From Antedon mediterranea (taxonomy: Eukaryota > Animalia > Echinodermata), in the NCBI RefSeq assembly GCF_964355755.1, contig NC_092674.1, forward strand, positions 30,814,001 to 30,878,000: DNA of 64,000 bases, written 5' to 3'. Position 1 is the stretch's first letter; every line of letters begins with the position of its first letter. Of this stretch, positions 1-12,762 are shown in pieces. Both the position numbers and the translations under genes were made by a program. The notes below the pieces were generated by a model. It was not told where the DNA came from and did not search any database. It worked only from the letters and a program-made list of their open reading frames with translations.

Positions 1-196
1 AGACAACAGGTCTCTTCATACACAATTATATCAAAAAAGTGTGATGTGCCCAAATATGGTAGTGATATGCTTACATATGGTAGTGATATGATATCATGTC
101 CATATATGGGCACATCACATTCTTTTGTCAAATATAAAGTTTGATAGTGTAGACAGAGCTTTAAGCGCTATATAAGACTAGCATTATTATCATTAC

Positions 197-3100
197 CTTA
201 ACACATGCCATTATTATTCTCTGGTTCATTTCATGATCTTCACAATGATTTCGCAAAATGTCCATAGCGTTCATCCGCTCTTCAGTAAACATGTGACTAA
301 ATCTAGTCACAAGATTTGCCTGTCGCACACGTTGGACTACGTCACTGTTACCTGACATCTTACTAGATATAGCTGGTGGTAATGTACTTATGTAATCCAT
401 TCTAGATTTAATTTAAAAAAGAATTTTCTGTTAAAAATCAGTCAGAATCAGTAAATTAGGTTTATGACAAGATAAAGCAAAATTTACACTGGATATATTC
501 AATGTTAAGTTTTCAGATTTCTCTTTGAAATTGTCTAAACTTTTATCAAAATATAAAGAATCATATAACACTTATATTTATAAATATTTGTTTACACATC
601 TGTATACTGTATGTTTGCCATATGAAAATAAAATTATGAATAAGTAATTAGCCGTCAATAGCCTCTGATGATTTATATAAAAAGACCATCATGTAAACAT
701 TGAGTTTATTAAGTTTTCACTACAAATTTTGAATAAGTAATTAGCCGTCAATAGCCTCTGATGATTTATATAAAAAGACTATCATGTAAACATTGAGTTT
801 ATTAAGTTTTCACTACAAATTTTGAATAAGTAATTAGCCGTCAATAGCCTCTGATGATTTATATAAAAAGACTATCATGTAAACTTTGAGTTTATTAAGT
901 TTTCACTACAAATAAACAAGCAATTTCCATAATTTTCCTTCTGACCAATCAGTGCTCTGAATCAATAATTATACATACCGGCCAGTAAGAAGAGCCTTCT
1001 CTTCTTTGAGAGCTATCAGCTCGTCTCTCATTCGCTGAACTTGTTCATCGTACTCATCTAGAACCCCAACACGCATCTTATAACGTCGCAATTCATCTTC
1101 TGCATCTTGCAACCTATGAAAATTAATTGATTTCACCATTGAATAGCATCTTTTAAATAAAACAATGAATATTACATATTTCGAACCTTAAAAACATTCA
1201 CTTAAAATCACATTTTAATAATTCCAGCTTAGCATTTAAGAGTTTACTATTAGTAAGCACACAATAATACCACCACACTAGAGAAAGAAATAAAAATAAA
1301 TACATACATACAGAAAATATATAATAATACACCAAATTAAATTAAGATAGAATATTAGAGGGCCTCTTCAATATTAGAGGGCCTCTTCAATATTAGAGGG
1401 CCTCTTCAATATTAGAGGGCCTCTTCAATTCAGCTGTAGTACAGCTGTTAGAGCTATTCTTACTCCATGGTGAAACAAAGTTGAATAAATATATTAGAAT
1501 TGCAAGCATATAAAATCACCAAAGAACAACACCAATACCAAGAGAGGCAGATGATTGACCATTTAAAGACAAAATCAATTTAAACAGAGACATGCATGGT
1601 CATTACATTGAAAGAAAATAAATTGATTTCCAATACAATAGCAAGTGAATGAAGAGCAACACGTCTGTGAATTAATGATTGTGTCTTACTTTTTCAGTTT
1701 CGTGAATGGTGTTGTAATAAGTCTGAAGAAATCCATGTATGGTAAATAATAAAAAATAATAATCGTACAGATCAATTAAATATTTATATTACATTTAAAT
1801 CAGTTTTATAATCATATATTCATTACTCATCAAGTAGATTTCTTAACTGCAATGGATAGAATTATGTTGTTAAACATTATGTCTCATGATATTTTTGCAT
1901 TTATTTGTTTCATTTTAAGTTATTCTTTTGACGCATCTTAATCATCAAGTGTGCCACTGTTGTAAAAGTGAAATAAATAAATATTATTACACACCATTAA
2001 AAAAAATTAGTTTTGTTCAAATAAATGCTTTAGTGAGCGCAAAAACCTAGTCTATGTTGGTTCAAGAATAAAGTATATTTGTTACCTATCACGTAGTCTT
2101 CTAGAACCCTCTTCACTCACTATGGCTTCATCAAATGATTTGCTTCTTTCTGATTCTATTTTCAGTTTAGAATCTTCCAGCCTTTAATTTTAAATAAACA
2201 AAGAGTTAATAGCATAATTATGTAACTTACCCCAAAAAATAAGGTTTTCACTTATAAAATGACAAATAAATGGTTAAATTCAACCAAAAACACATTTGAC
2301 TACTACTCTTTTAAATTACAGTTTTTTCAGGTAAATCTTTTTTGTTCCAATCTAATTTTTGGTCAAAGTGAATATTTATTTGTGACATTAAAATGTCACT
2401 TGAATGTGTGACTGTCCCCTTGGTTACTGTACAGCAATATTATTGAAATGATTGAAGATTTATTTGTCATAAAAATGTGTACTACTCACGCTAAATGCAA
2501 ATCATGTTTTTCATTTTGAGATTTATTAAGATCATGTTCAAGTTCTGAAAGTTGCGCCTCATACTCGGACTTCATTAACATTATCTGACGTTCTTTGTCA
2601 GTCGCCTCGGCCAGTAACTTTAAGCTGCTTGTTGTCGTCAGACCTCCACTGGCTGAATAACCGCCAGCACCTAGCCATGGTAGCAGATGCGACTTAATAG
2701 CGTCACAACCACCATATGCTCCACCTTAAAAAACAATCAAATAAATTACTTATGATTATAGGTTAATATATTTAGATTATAAAATTAATATAAGAGGAAG
2801 GAAAGTATATTAACATGTTTAATTTACAGCAGACTAAGTATGAAGGTTAAAAAAAAAACAATTTGTAAACCTCTAAAATTTAATAAAATAAGCACAGAAT
2901 ATATTTAGTTATTTTGTTAATTAATTAATTTAAAATTAGTATTAAATTATTTTAATTTAAAACTGGATCATCTATTAAGCAAATTTATTATTAGTACGAA
3001 TTGAAAGCGTTGTCTAATATTTAATTAATATATCTAATAATACTGCGCATGCGTATTTATATATCTATTTTTAATATGCGCAGCCAATCAATTGAGTAAA

Positions 3101-3848
3101 TTTATTCGCTTATGGAGAACATGCTTAAGTAACGTAGTAATGCCTTGTACCTTCAGAAGCTGTCAGATTCAGTAGCGCAAACAGCTGCGACTGAGTACGA
3201 GAAGTTAGCTCCAATATCTCACAACAGCGAGAAACGTTGTCATCACACGTATTTAACTGAAAAAAATTATATTTAGTGGACTGATCACAAAAATTAAAAA
3301 ATATAATTATTATATATATTATTATTATATTTGCATAAGCTATTTTTTGCATCTATCCATGGAGTAAAGAATAATAATAATTATTCTTTACTCCATGATC
3401 TATCCATATAATAATAATACTATACAGTATACGGCCTATACTAGCTAGGCCTAGTGTCTGTATGTCTAGTCTAATATTAATTAATAATAAACCCATAGTA
3501 CAACCAACATACATGCAATATCGAGATATCTCACTTATTTCATAAAAAAATTTATTTGTTATTATTGAAATATTTTTTATGGACAAAAACAAAACCAAAG
3601 GATTATTACCTATAAGGCGCCCTCTATATACCTACAGTAGGCCTCTCTCAGAATAGAAAGAGCCCAGTGGGGGAAGACCGTACTGTAGCTATCTTCCCCT
3701 GGCGCCAGGCCACCAAAAAAAGAATAGTAGTAAGGAGATAATAAACTTCCCAGGTACCTACCAGATATGTTGAATTCCATCTGACAAGTTTGTCATGAAG
3801 CAGAGAAAATATGTTGCTGTTTACTAGTCTTCGCAGAGATTCTGCCAT
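197..3848 (-). CDS. SPATA18: Mitochondria-eating protein (MIEAP), 5' part; gene continues past the left edge
   Basis: Spliced translation MAESLRRLVNSNIFSLLHDKLVRWNSTYL|LNTCDDNVSRCCEILELTSRTQSQLFALLNLTASE|GGAYGGCDAIKSHLLPWLG matches the recalled MIEAP N-terminus (MAENLKRLVSN...NTCDQN...IKSRLLPWL). GT-AG exons at about 3848-3762, 3256-3151, 2725-2490, 2181-2085, 1721-1690, 1113-979 and 401-197 are phase-compatible. Confidence 0.88.
637..913. repeat. Tandem repeat, 3 x 93 bp (SPATA18 intron)
   Basis: TGAATAAGTAATTAGCCGTCAATAGCC recurs at 637, 730 and 823. Confidence 0.95.
1351..1428. repeat. Minisatellite, 4 x 19 bp
   Basis: AATATTAGAGGGCCTCTTC x4. Confidence 0.95.
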
Positions 3849-4204
3849 TCTAAACAAATGCCTTGCAACTTCGGAAAAAAACTAAACTAAAAACTTTGCA
3901 TGCGACGATTAAAAAAACGCGATTAAAAAATCTCCAAGGTGCAAGAGACGCTACGCATGCGCATTTTCGAGATATAAATAAACTGACGGTACGTTAAAAA
4001 GCTTTGAGCGATTGGTTAAACCCGTAAATGTGGCATATAACTAACCAATCAGAAGAAGGCTTCTTTACGACTTAATTTTGCGAAGATATGCTTGAATGAT
4101 CAAAAAGGTCAACAAAGAGATTTAATTTTACAACAGACGTGACGCTCTCGGTGTGATAAAAAATATTTAGTTTTACATTTTTTTAAACAATTTTACACCA
4201 GCAG
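3849..4204. promoter_or_regulatory. Bidirectional promoter shared by SPATA18 and SGCB
   Basis: Divergent genes about 350 bp apart; CpG-rich patch; NRF1-type CGCATGCGCA at about 3955-3964; CCAAT boxes in both orientations (ATTGG about 4011, CCAAT about 4045). Confidence 0.7.
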
Positions 4205-4654
4205 GTAAATATATTATATACTATTGAAGTTATTGAGCATTGTCCAAGTCTCAAACTAAATATATAGACGTCATATAGGATATCCCATATAGATAATACG
4301 CTGTTTTAAGTTATGTTTTAGTTTAGGCCTACTACTACTAGTGTACTCTACTATAGTACTAGCTAGCTAGGCGTAACTAGCCTGTAAATTGTAGAAGAAG
4401 TGGCAGTTTATCAGCTGTTTGATAGTGCTTTGTAGGCCTACCTATGCATATCCGATGATATTCTCAGAATTATTTTTATAAAAACAATAATTAACAAACC
4501 TACTGCTATGAAGTATAGTAGGTAGGCACCTCCTAGAACCTAGACGTTTTTAAAATTTATTATAAAATAAATTATAAAAATATGAATTTTGAATAATTGT
4601 ATTTGCCTGTGATAGTGACTTGTAACTAAATTAGTTTTTTTTATCTATTTCAGG

Positions 4655-7212
4655 ATGTCAATGAGAGAAAAGTCACTTGAACGTCGCCGAGTAACTAAAG
4701 AACACAACAGCAACTTTAGAGCTGGTCATGTTTATGTCAATGAAAATCAACTTTATAAAACTGGACTTCGAGGAAGAAAACGTTTTCTCTTTTATATGAT
4801 ACTCCTGGTGTTATATATAATTGTTGTCAGCAACCTGCTGGTATGTGAATCAATGAAAGATAACTTTTTGAGTGCAAGTGCAAAATAATATTGATTATTT
4901 AATTTATAAAATAATCAATGATCTTAGATTAAGATTACTTAACAACATATTTCAGAATATCACTGCAAAAAAACCCCAATATTCAAACATAAACATACTG
5001 TGCATACATAAAGCCAAAGAAACATAGTATTTAGATATTAGATCAAAACCTGACTGAACATTGGGTAAACAGCACATGACCCAAGAATAGATATTTAAAA
5101 TTATAGACTTTCAAAAATGATAAGATTCAATTACAACAACCTTAATACCCTATATTTCAATTTAATCAATAATGTTGATTTTGCTATTTTTCAGGTACTT
5201 CTGTTGATCATGTTTTCACTCAAGATAAACGATGAAGGGATGGCAGTAATGGAGGTGGTTCCTGACAGAGCAATTCGATTCCTGCATCAGTTGTACATGG
5301 ACAAAATTACTCTAAATGGAACAACAAGTGCACAACTTGCTTCGTTTCACTCACAAAATCTAGATTTTTTTGGTGAACAAATTGTAAGTACAGTACAGTG
5401 GAACCCATCACTTGGGACATCTTGCCATATATTCAGAGGAAATCTCTTTTCAGGGGAGACACTTTCCTGTGAAATAAACATTTTTGTAAGACTTTGGTGT
5501 CTATCCTTAATGCCTGGGGTTCTGCTTTTCTACTTCAGGAATGAAATGTTTATGTTTAACACTTATTTCAATACCATGCAACATCTAGTAAACCTAACTA
5601 ATCACAAAAGAAACAATGTTTGTATCAACATACTCTATTATACTAAAGTACTATACATAACTTATGCAATTTGTTTATTTATTTTGTAGAATCTGCAGCC
5701 ACAAACCAATGCACACAGTAAGTATATTTTTATTTGATCATTTTTTTACATTAGTGTGGTTGTTTGTGGCAACAGAATTCTAGAAATAAAGTTTGATTTA
5801 TGTCACGAAAAGTTGTAAAGTATAACCGTTTGAGGACCCCTCAATATCTTTTTAAGTGAAAAACTGCACAGGTTTTCCTCTTTAAAAATGGTAAATAAAA
5901 TAACAAGCTATATTTCAATTTCTAATGTTTTTGTCTAAAGTTGGAATAGGAGTAAAGAAGACAGAAATATACAGCAGTTCATTTGAAGTTGTCAATCCAA
6001 CCAATAACAAGACGGTTTTCCCACAACAGAATTTTAAAGTTTCTAATCTAAACAAAGTAAGCTTTGGATTGTTGAACACAAGCAAGGTAAGATAATTATT
6101 GAAAATTTAATTAAGCATGGTTCTCACTAGAGACGCAAATTAAGGATGTAGATGCAATGTAGACCAATCAAAAGCGAAGCTTGAATAACCTATCTTTTTT
6201 GATTGATCAAATCTTGCGTTGCGCTTACATTCTTGTGTTACATCATAGTGTGAACCAAGCATTAACATTATTACAAAACATTTATTACAAAACATGTATT
6301 ACAATACAGACCATGCTTGCTGTACACACAATTTGGCTTTCGTAAAGAAATTTCTGTTTCTACACAAATGTCTAAAGGAAAATTAAAAGTCATGCAGTTC
6401 AGGAGATTTTACTATTAGAGGACAAAGTTTCATAATATTGATTGTTTTTTTAATAGGTGAGCAGTTCAACAGGTAATACATTACATTTGACATCGTTGGG
6501 TAATTTAAACATATCAGCTGGTGAAGATATTGACTTTAAAAGCAACGAAATGCAGTTGACGTCGTCTTCATTAACATTACATTCTAAGGTAAGTAAAAGC
6601 TTTCTCCCCCATCCCCTCTTTTTTAGAACCCCATCCAATGTCGTAGAGTGCTGACTGGCTAAACCCAGGGCCCCTGAGCAGTGGCCAGAGGAAAAAACAG
6701 GCATTGAAATGTGTCAAAAAGGGCTAAAAACCTCTAAAAAGGGCTAAAACTCCCTGAGGTCTCCAGCGTTGGAGTGCCACTTTTAGGGTTCCTAAATGCC
6801 TCTGCATTAGCCACTGACCCCATTTTGTGTTTTGATCTTTAAAATACTATACTATATGTACTGTAATACTCTATTTGCATGGGCCAGACCTGTCATTAGC
6901 TGTTGCTATTTTCCTGAGGACTAATTGTCACTTTTTCTTATCTCGTTTCAAGAATCGCGTAATTTTATGATATTAGGTTTTTGAATATTTTACATACAGT
7001 TCAGCTAATTTTTTTTTGTTTATTAATTTTAGAAAAATATTTATCTGAAGATGTTTGATGGTCTGTTTGCAGAAAACCTAGCGACAATTGAAGACGGTTT
7101 TAACATAAGTAAAAAAACTCAACTCTGTATAAGTACAAACACTGGAACATTATTTAGAATTCATTATAATGCATCATGTAATAATTATGATATTGATAGT
7201 GAAGTGCGCTGA
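4655..7212 (+). CDS. SGCB: Beta-sarcoglycan
   Basis: MSMREKSLERRRVTKEHNSNFRAGHVYVNENQLYKTGLRGRK followed by a TM helix is the SGCB signature. Exons 4655-4840, 5195-5383, 5690-5717, 5941-6086, 6457-6588 and 7033-7212 join in frame. A 5'UTR exon ends at about 4204 (CAG|GTAAAT). Confidence 0.92.
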
Positions 7213-7333
7213 CAAAGAACAACTTGTAATCATGGCATTTTCTGTATTGAGAATGTTCTACAATACTATATGACATAATTTAATAGGTTAGAGTAACATT
7301 TATATATCGTGAATTTCAGTGACAGTAGTGTAA

Positions 7334-7568
7334 AGCCTGGCTTCCATAAAATTGCTACACGACAGAGCGTAGCGATTCTATGGAAACGCTAGAATTTATC
7401 GGGGATCTAGTACACGAGCGCTAAATATTCTTTGGTACGCGTATACCATTCATCGCCGACACAATCGGCAAAGTTGAACTTTGCCGATTTGACTGCGATG
7501 AATCGGGGAGCCTTCCCGATTGCGTCGGCGACATCTGTGAGTGTAGCGATTTTAATGGAAACCAGGCT
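7334..7568. mobile_element. Harbinger-type MITE downstream of the SGCB stop (probable 3'UTR)
   Basis: TIR AGCCTGGYTTCCATWAAATYGCTAC at both ends; TAA target duplication on both sides. Confidence 0.8.
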
Positions 7569-9297
7569 TAAAGGACAATTTATTAACGCACATTTAAAAT
7601 GATAGGTGGCAGTATTTTGCAAGTTAGTTAGTAATTTATACATTACAGATGGGTAAGTTCGTTTTTTATTTTCAGAAAAGTGATGTTAAGTAACTTACCT
7701 GAAAATGACGAAAAAACAGACAATTTCACTGAAGTTTTTGTAGTGTTTCTTCCAATTTTGTTCCGTAGGTGAATTTAAAGAACATCTAACTTCTATATTA
7801 AGACAATAGGAAATGTTTTAATAATTGCTATTTTACAGTTTTGTGTGTGTGTGAATTTTTGTCTGAAAATGTAATGATCTTATTGTAAATATGTTGTGTG
7901 CACATTTTTAGAACATACTACTTTTATGTACTAATTATGAACATTACCTTGAATCATGTTATATTTAATGTGCTAATAACCTGTGATGTAAATTGATGGG
8001 CAGGTGTTTATTTAAGAAAGCCAATTTTAAACATGTCTGAAAAAGGTATTTAAATGCAATAGAATTAAAGTGCAGTATTGTTAGATATAGATTTTATATA
8101 GTAAATAGTTTATATAGTTGAATTTAGATAATCCACTATGTTTAGTTATAGACGCCACATTTTATGAATATATATTGATCTCGACTACTAGTATTCATCA
8201 AGGCATTTTGAGCACCAGTAACAGAAACAGAATTAAGATTAAATAGAAAACAAAAATTCCATCCTGCCTTATGAGATATATAAAATATAGGCATATTTGG
8301 GACTTGGTTCCCGCGATGAATGTACTCGCAACAACGAATGAAAATGTGATGTTACGTCCTTTCGTGACGTTAACGTCATGTAGCGTAACGCAACGTCATA
8401 AGAAGCATTGGGAAACAAGCTCATGAGGGCGTCGCTTTCGGCACGATTTTTAGCTAAAGGTTTTTATTTTTCTGTATTCAGTTTATTTTAAACATAACTT
8501 TAAGTAAATACAATCTTTGATATAATATACTCTAGATGAGTAGCATGTTTTCCATTAGCGAATGTATTCACAAAAATCGATAATTTTTTAAATGTAATAA
8601 AGAGTAAATGACATTGTTTATACATGTAAATTGTCAACACTTTCGATTTTCACGAATATTCGCATAAAACCAGCTTTAGGCTATTTATTATTATTGATTT
8701 CAAATACAACATTAATAAATATTCGCAATCATATAAATGATACGCAAGTCGACAATTGTTGTTTCAAATATGCATATACATTTATATCTCGCATCAAAAA
8801 GCAATAATTTAATGTTTTAAATGGAATTTAACCAAAACTTTGTAAAGCGACGTTCCCACTAGAACGCAACGTATCGACGCAAAATGCTGTAGGCCTATTG
8901 CGTAATCACAAGTGGGAACCTGCAAAAATCGCAGGTTTGATTTCACGCAGGCAAACAAAATTATTAGAAGGGCATTTTCTTACGTTGCGTAGGTAGTGGG
9001 AACCAAGCTTAATGATTCATGTATTGTTTGTTTTACATTGGGTGTGACGGACATACACTGTTCAGGAGACCTACATAAAATACACAAGTAGATGTTCGCG
9101 TCACAAAGAACGAATGCTTCTATTCGTTGATACAACTTGACACAAGTTTGATTCTGTTTTGCATGATGAGCTTGTAGAAATTGAATTATTCTAATAATAA
9201 TCGAAATGGCTTTTAGTCGGATGTCTTTATTGTTTCATAATAAGTGCTCCTCCAAATACTCCTTCCAGAAAACGACAAGAATGAATTTGAAAAGTAA

Positions 9298-9433
9298 TGC
9301 TTGGTTCCCATCTAGCGCACAACACAACGACGTAACGCAAAGTAGGGGATTCATCATTCAACCTGTCGCTTTATTGGTCAACTCGCTTGCGTTGTGTCTA
9401 CGTCGTTGCGTTGCGTCCTAGTGGGAACCAGCT
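9298..9433. mobile_element. MITE family B (GCTTGGTTCCCA...ACGCAACGCAA), representative copy
   Basis: Terminal inverted repeats GCTTGGTTCCCA.CTAG / CTAGTGGGAACCAGC. Related degenerate copies at ~6114-6261, 8300-8422, 8846-9009, 9745-9870, 14990-15055, 15643-15800, 18080-18215 and 19468-19565. Confidence 0.7.
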
Positions 9434-10463
9434 TAACGACGCACGATGTTATTAATTCTTTAACGGTTTTTAAATATCTAGCTCTAACAATATAAATGTT
9501 TGAAATGAATTTCAGTACGTAATGGTCCGACGATATTATATTTCATATAAAACAGAAAGAAGAATGTTCCTTTGAAAATAGCATCACTCGATCTGAATTA
9601 GTTTGAGAAGAGTCTTACTATGGGCCTTTTATATTTGAAATGTTGCCGTGCACTCAAAATCACGTTACCATTTCTTTGGCAAATGCAGTTTGTCGCCCTA
9701 CTGATCTGAGTTGTCTGAAGTTACACATGGTGTGGGCCTAATGCTTGATTCTTGCAACTTCACAAGGAGGTAAGCGCAACGCAAGTAGGGTTCAACCAAT
9801 CGCAAGCTTATTATAAGATTATTCGAAATATCGCTCTCTCATTGGTTGCGCGCCAAGTGGGGGAAGCAAGAGTTATCGATATATAATAATGACAATGTGA
9901 AATATTGCTGTAATTTTATATTGTCACTAATTTCAGAACACTCAGACTAATCTATATTTGCTGATATGATATAACACGAATACAACATATAATTGGCCTT
10001 CAATGTAGCCTTAATATAATAGGCCTTCTTATTTATATTATTGTACTTCATGTAATCGTACAAAGCTGATCTTGATAACATGATGTAAGTATATGGTATA
10101 TTCATATTAGAATATTAGTATACATGAACAACAATCATAATAACAAATACAGTAATCTGTATCTATATATAATAAACAAATGTTACAATACAATATTATA
10201 TATTGTTTTGCGATTAATAACATTTGCTGCATATTAAATGTAAATCCAATATTATTGTTATTGTAGTAAAAATAACAAGTTAGGGCATGCGAAGCTTTGA
10301 CAGTAAAAGATGGTATTTTTATTTTATAATGGGACTAACTGCAGATGAATTGCCCTTTTTTAAAAAAAGGTATCTTTTTGGCTAAATAAACGTGAACTCT
10401 TTCTTCGTGCAGGGGGGTTTATTTTTTATACCTACCTGCTTCGTGGGACAAGTGTTCCGCTTA

Positions 10464-10613
10464 CCGTCACCACTCGTCTGGCCTTTAAGATACTATGAAT
10501 GGGGTTCAGATGTGCATCATCCAGGGTGAGCGTTGACCCGTCACCACTCGTCTGTGGCCTTTAAGATACTATAAATGGGGTTCAGATGTGCATCATTCAG
10601 GGTGAGCGTTGAC
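10464..10613. repeat. Tandem duplication, 2 x ~75 bp, upstream of TRPC
   Basis: CCGTCACCACTCGTCTG...GGTGAGCGTTGAC twice. Confidence 0.9.
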
Positions 10614-12762
10614 TAGGACACCCTTCAAGAAATAGAAATATAAAAATACAATAAATTATTGTTTACACAATGCGTATCTAATTAGGAAACTTATTCAATG
10701 AATTGCAGAAATTATTTATAGGCCTATATAAATGTTATTGATCAGAATATATTATGATACTAGAGTAATATTGATTTTATATAAGAAAATAATATTTTAG
10801 TCCCTTATACACAGTATGTTTGTACGAGATCTTATTACAATAATTCTTATGGGTCATTGTTAAATGTGATTAGTGTAATGGTCTTGGTATATAGTTTTTA
10901 ACCATGCTCATCCCTTTGCAATTATTATCTATTAAATTAGCATGACAATAGCCAGCGAATACGTAATGAGAAAGCAGCATTTTTTGTACTTAATCAGTTT
11001 AAGTTTAATGGGAAATACAACAACCAATACCCTTTGTTTCGTTATGGTATTGCCATGGTAACTCGTATGCTGCTTACAGGAAATCAGAATATAGGATCGA
11101 TACTTAAATATTGACGACGTGATCTTAAGAAAGTGATGGCTACGATCACTGCTAGCTGCTATCGGCGGAAGCATAATCTGCACAAATATCAACAATGATC
11201 TTTATTAAAGCATTCTTTAGATTTTAAGTAAGAAGCATTCATTTACACAGCATTCGGAAATATTAGGATAGTTATAAAGGTAGGTGCAGTGTTCGTTTAG
11301 TATACTTAATTATATAAGTACCGGTTCTAAGTTTGTTAATATTTGTCATCTTATTTCACCAAAATTATGTTTTCAATTGTTCTATCTCTTGTCACGTCAA
11401 AACTGTATATACATACTATGATATTTCACGTGAGTATCTCTGAGATAGAATAACTTATACCGCGCCGTGTCTTTATTATTGATATACCTGTTGCTATTTT
11501 CGTACTCGAAACTGCGTAGGTCTAGACGTGATCGAATTTATTTCTTTGCATTTATAATATGTTGTTATAAGTATATAATCTATACGGTATGTTGTTATAA
11601 TATAATAAATAAACATCATTAATTCATACTGATAGCTAATAACATATCATAGGAGCACAAGCAAATTTAGGGCGCTACATGACAAAGAGAAAGATGTCCG
11701 GTGTTCAAATAATTTTAGAAATAAAATCTGAGATGACTGGCGATTTCGCGTTTAACGCGCCATCGCGAGACATGCGCGAACCTTATTATTTTGCGTTCGT
11801 TTTCTAGGACCCTTTCTGAAAAAAGCATTCCACCTTAAGGGGTTATCCTCTGCTATGTCATATTTTGGTGCTTTGTTTGAGGTTTTGAGATTTTTGGAGT
11901 TTCATCTGCTGTCTTATGTCACATAACAATAATTATAGCAATAAATATTAAACAAACAAACACTAGGTGTTGGTGAACCTAAACTTCATTCACTTATTTA
12001 TTTGATCAAAATCAATTTCCAAGAAAAAGATTAGGCCTACAATCGTGGAGACTGGAGTTGAAATGGAAATAAATTAAATCTAACATTGTGATATGCATCA
12101 TATTAATTAGAATAGGAAACAAAAGACAAAATATGAAATAAAAGAAGCCATTTAAAGTCAATTATGCTAACGCTATGTAATTTATGTATACGCACTTTTG
12201 AATTCATGATAAGGTCGTGTGCAACAAATACAAGGCCAAGCTATTCAAAGCATTGACGTATATTTCTTTATATAGCTTATTACTTTTATTATGATTTATT
12301 CGAGCTAATGCATTGTATTGTGCTTTTTTCTTTAAATTCCATTTATCAATATGTATGTGTAATGGTCATCTACGCATTGCGTTTGTCTTGAATGCTGCGA
12401 AATGGAACCTGATGCACACAGTGGCGATGTCTAATACGTTTCTTGGTGTCTAGTGTTAATAATTGTTAATAATAATCCTAATAACATAGTTTATTCATTT
12501 TCTACCGGGGGCACAGAATGTATATTTTGAATCGTATTAATTTTAGTAGCATTATTCTCCGACCTACATGCCACGCGTTGTATGATTTGTTATCAGCGTT
12601 AACACACGCGCGTCTAACTGTTCATTTCGTGACGTCGATGACGCTTTGATGATAAAGTAATGGTACATGCTATAGGGCTCCTGTATCCCTACTAAAGTAT
12701 GACACTGAATGTAAGTGTGATGATGATGCTTGATACATTTAATTTGATTTTGCAGATTTATA

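Noticed and set aside
3117-3126. p53 response element in SPATA18 (GAACATGCTT)
   Set aside because: Only one half-site with no adjacent second half-site; expected by chance.
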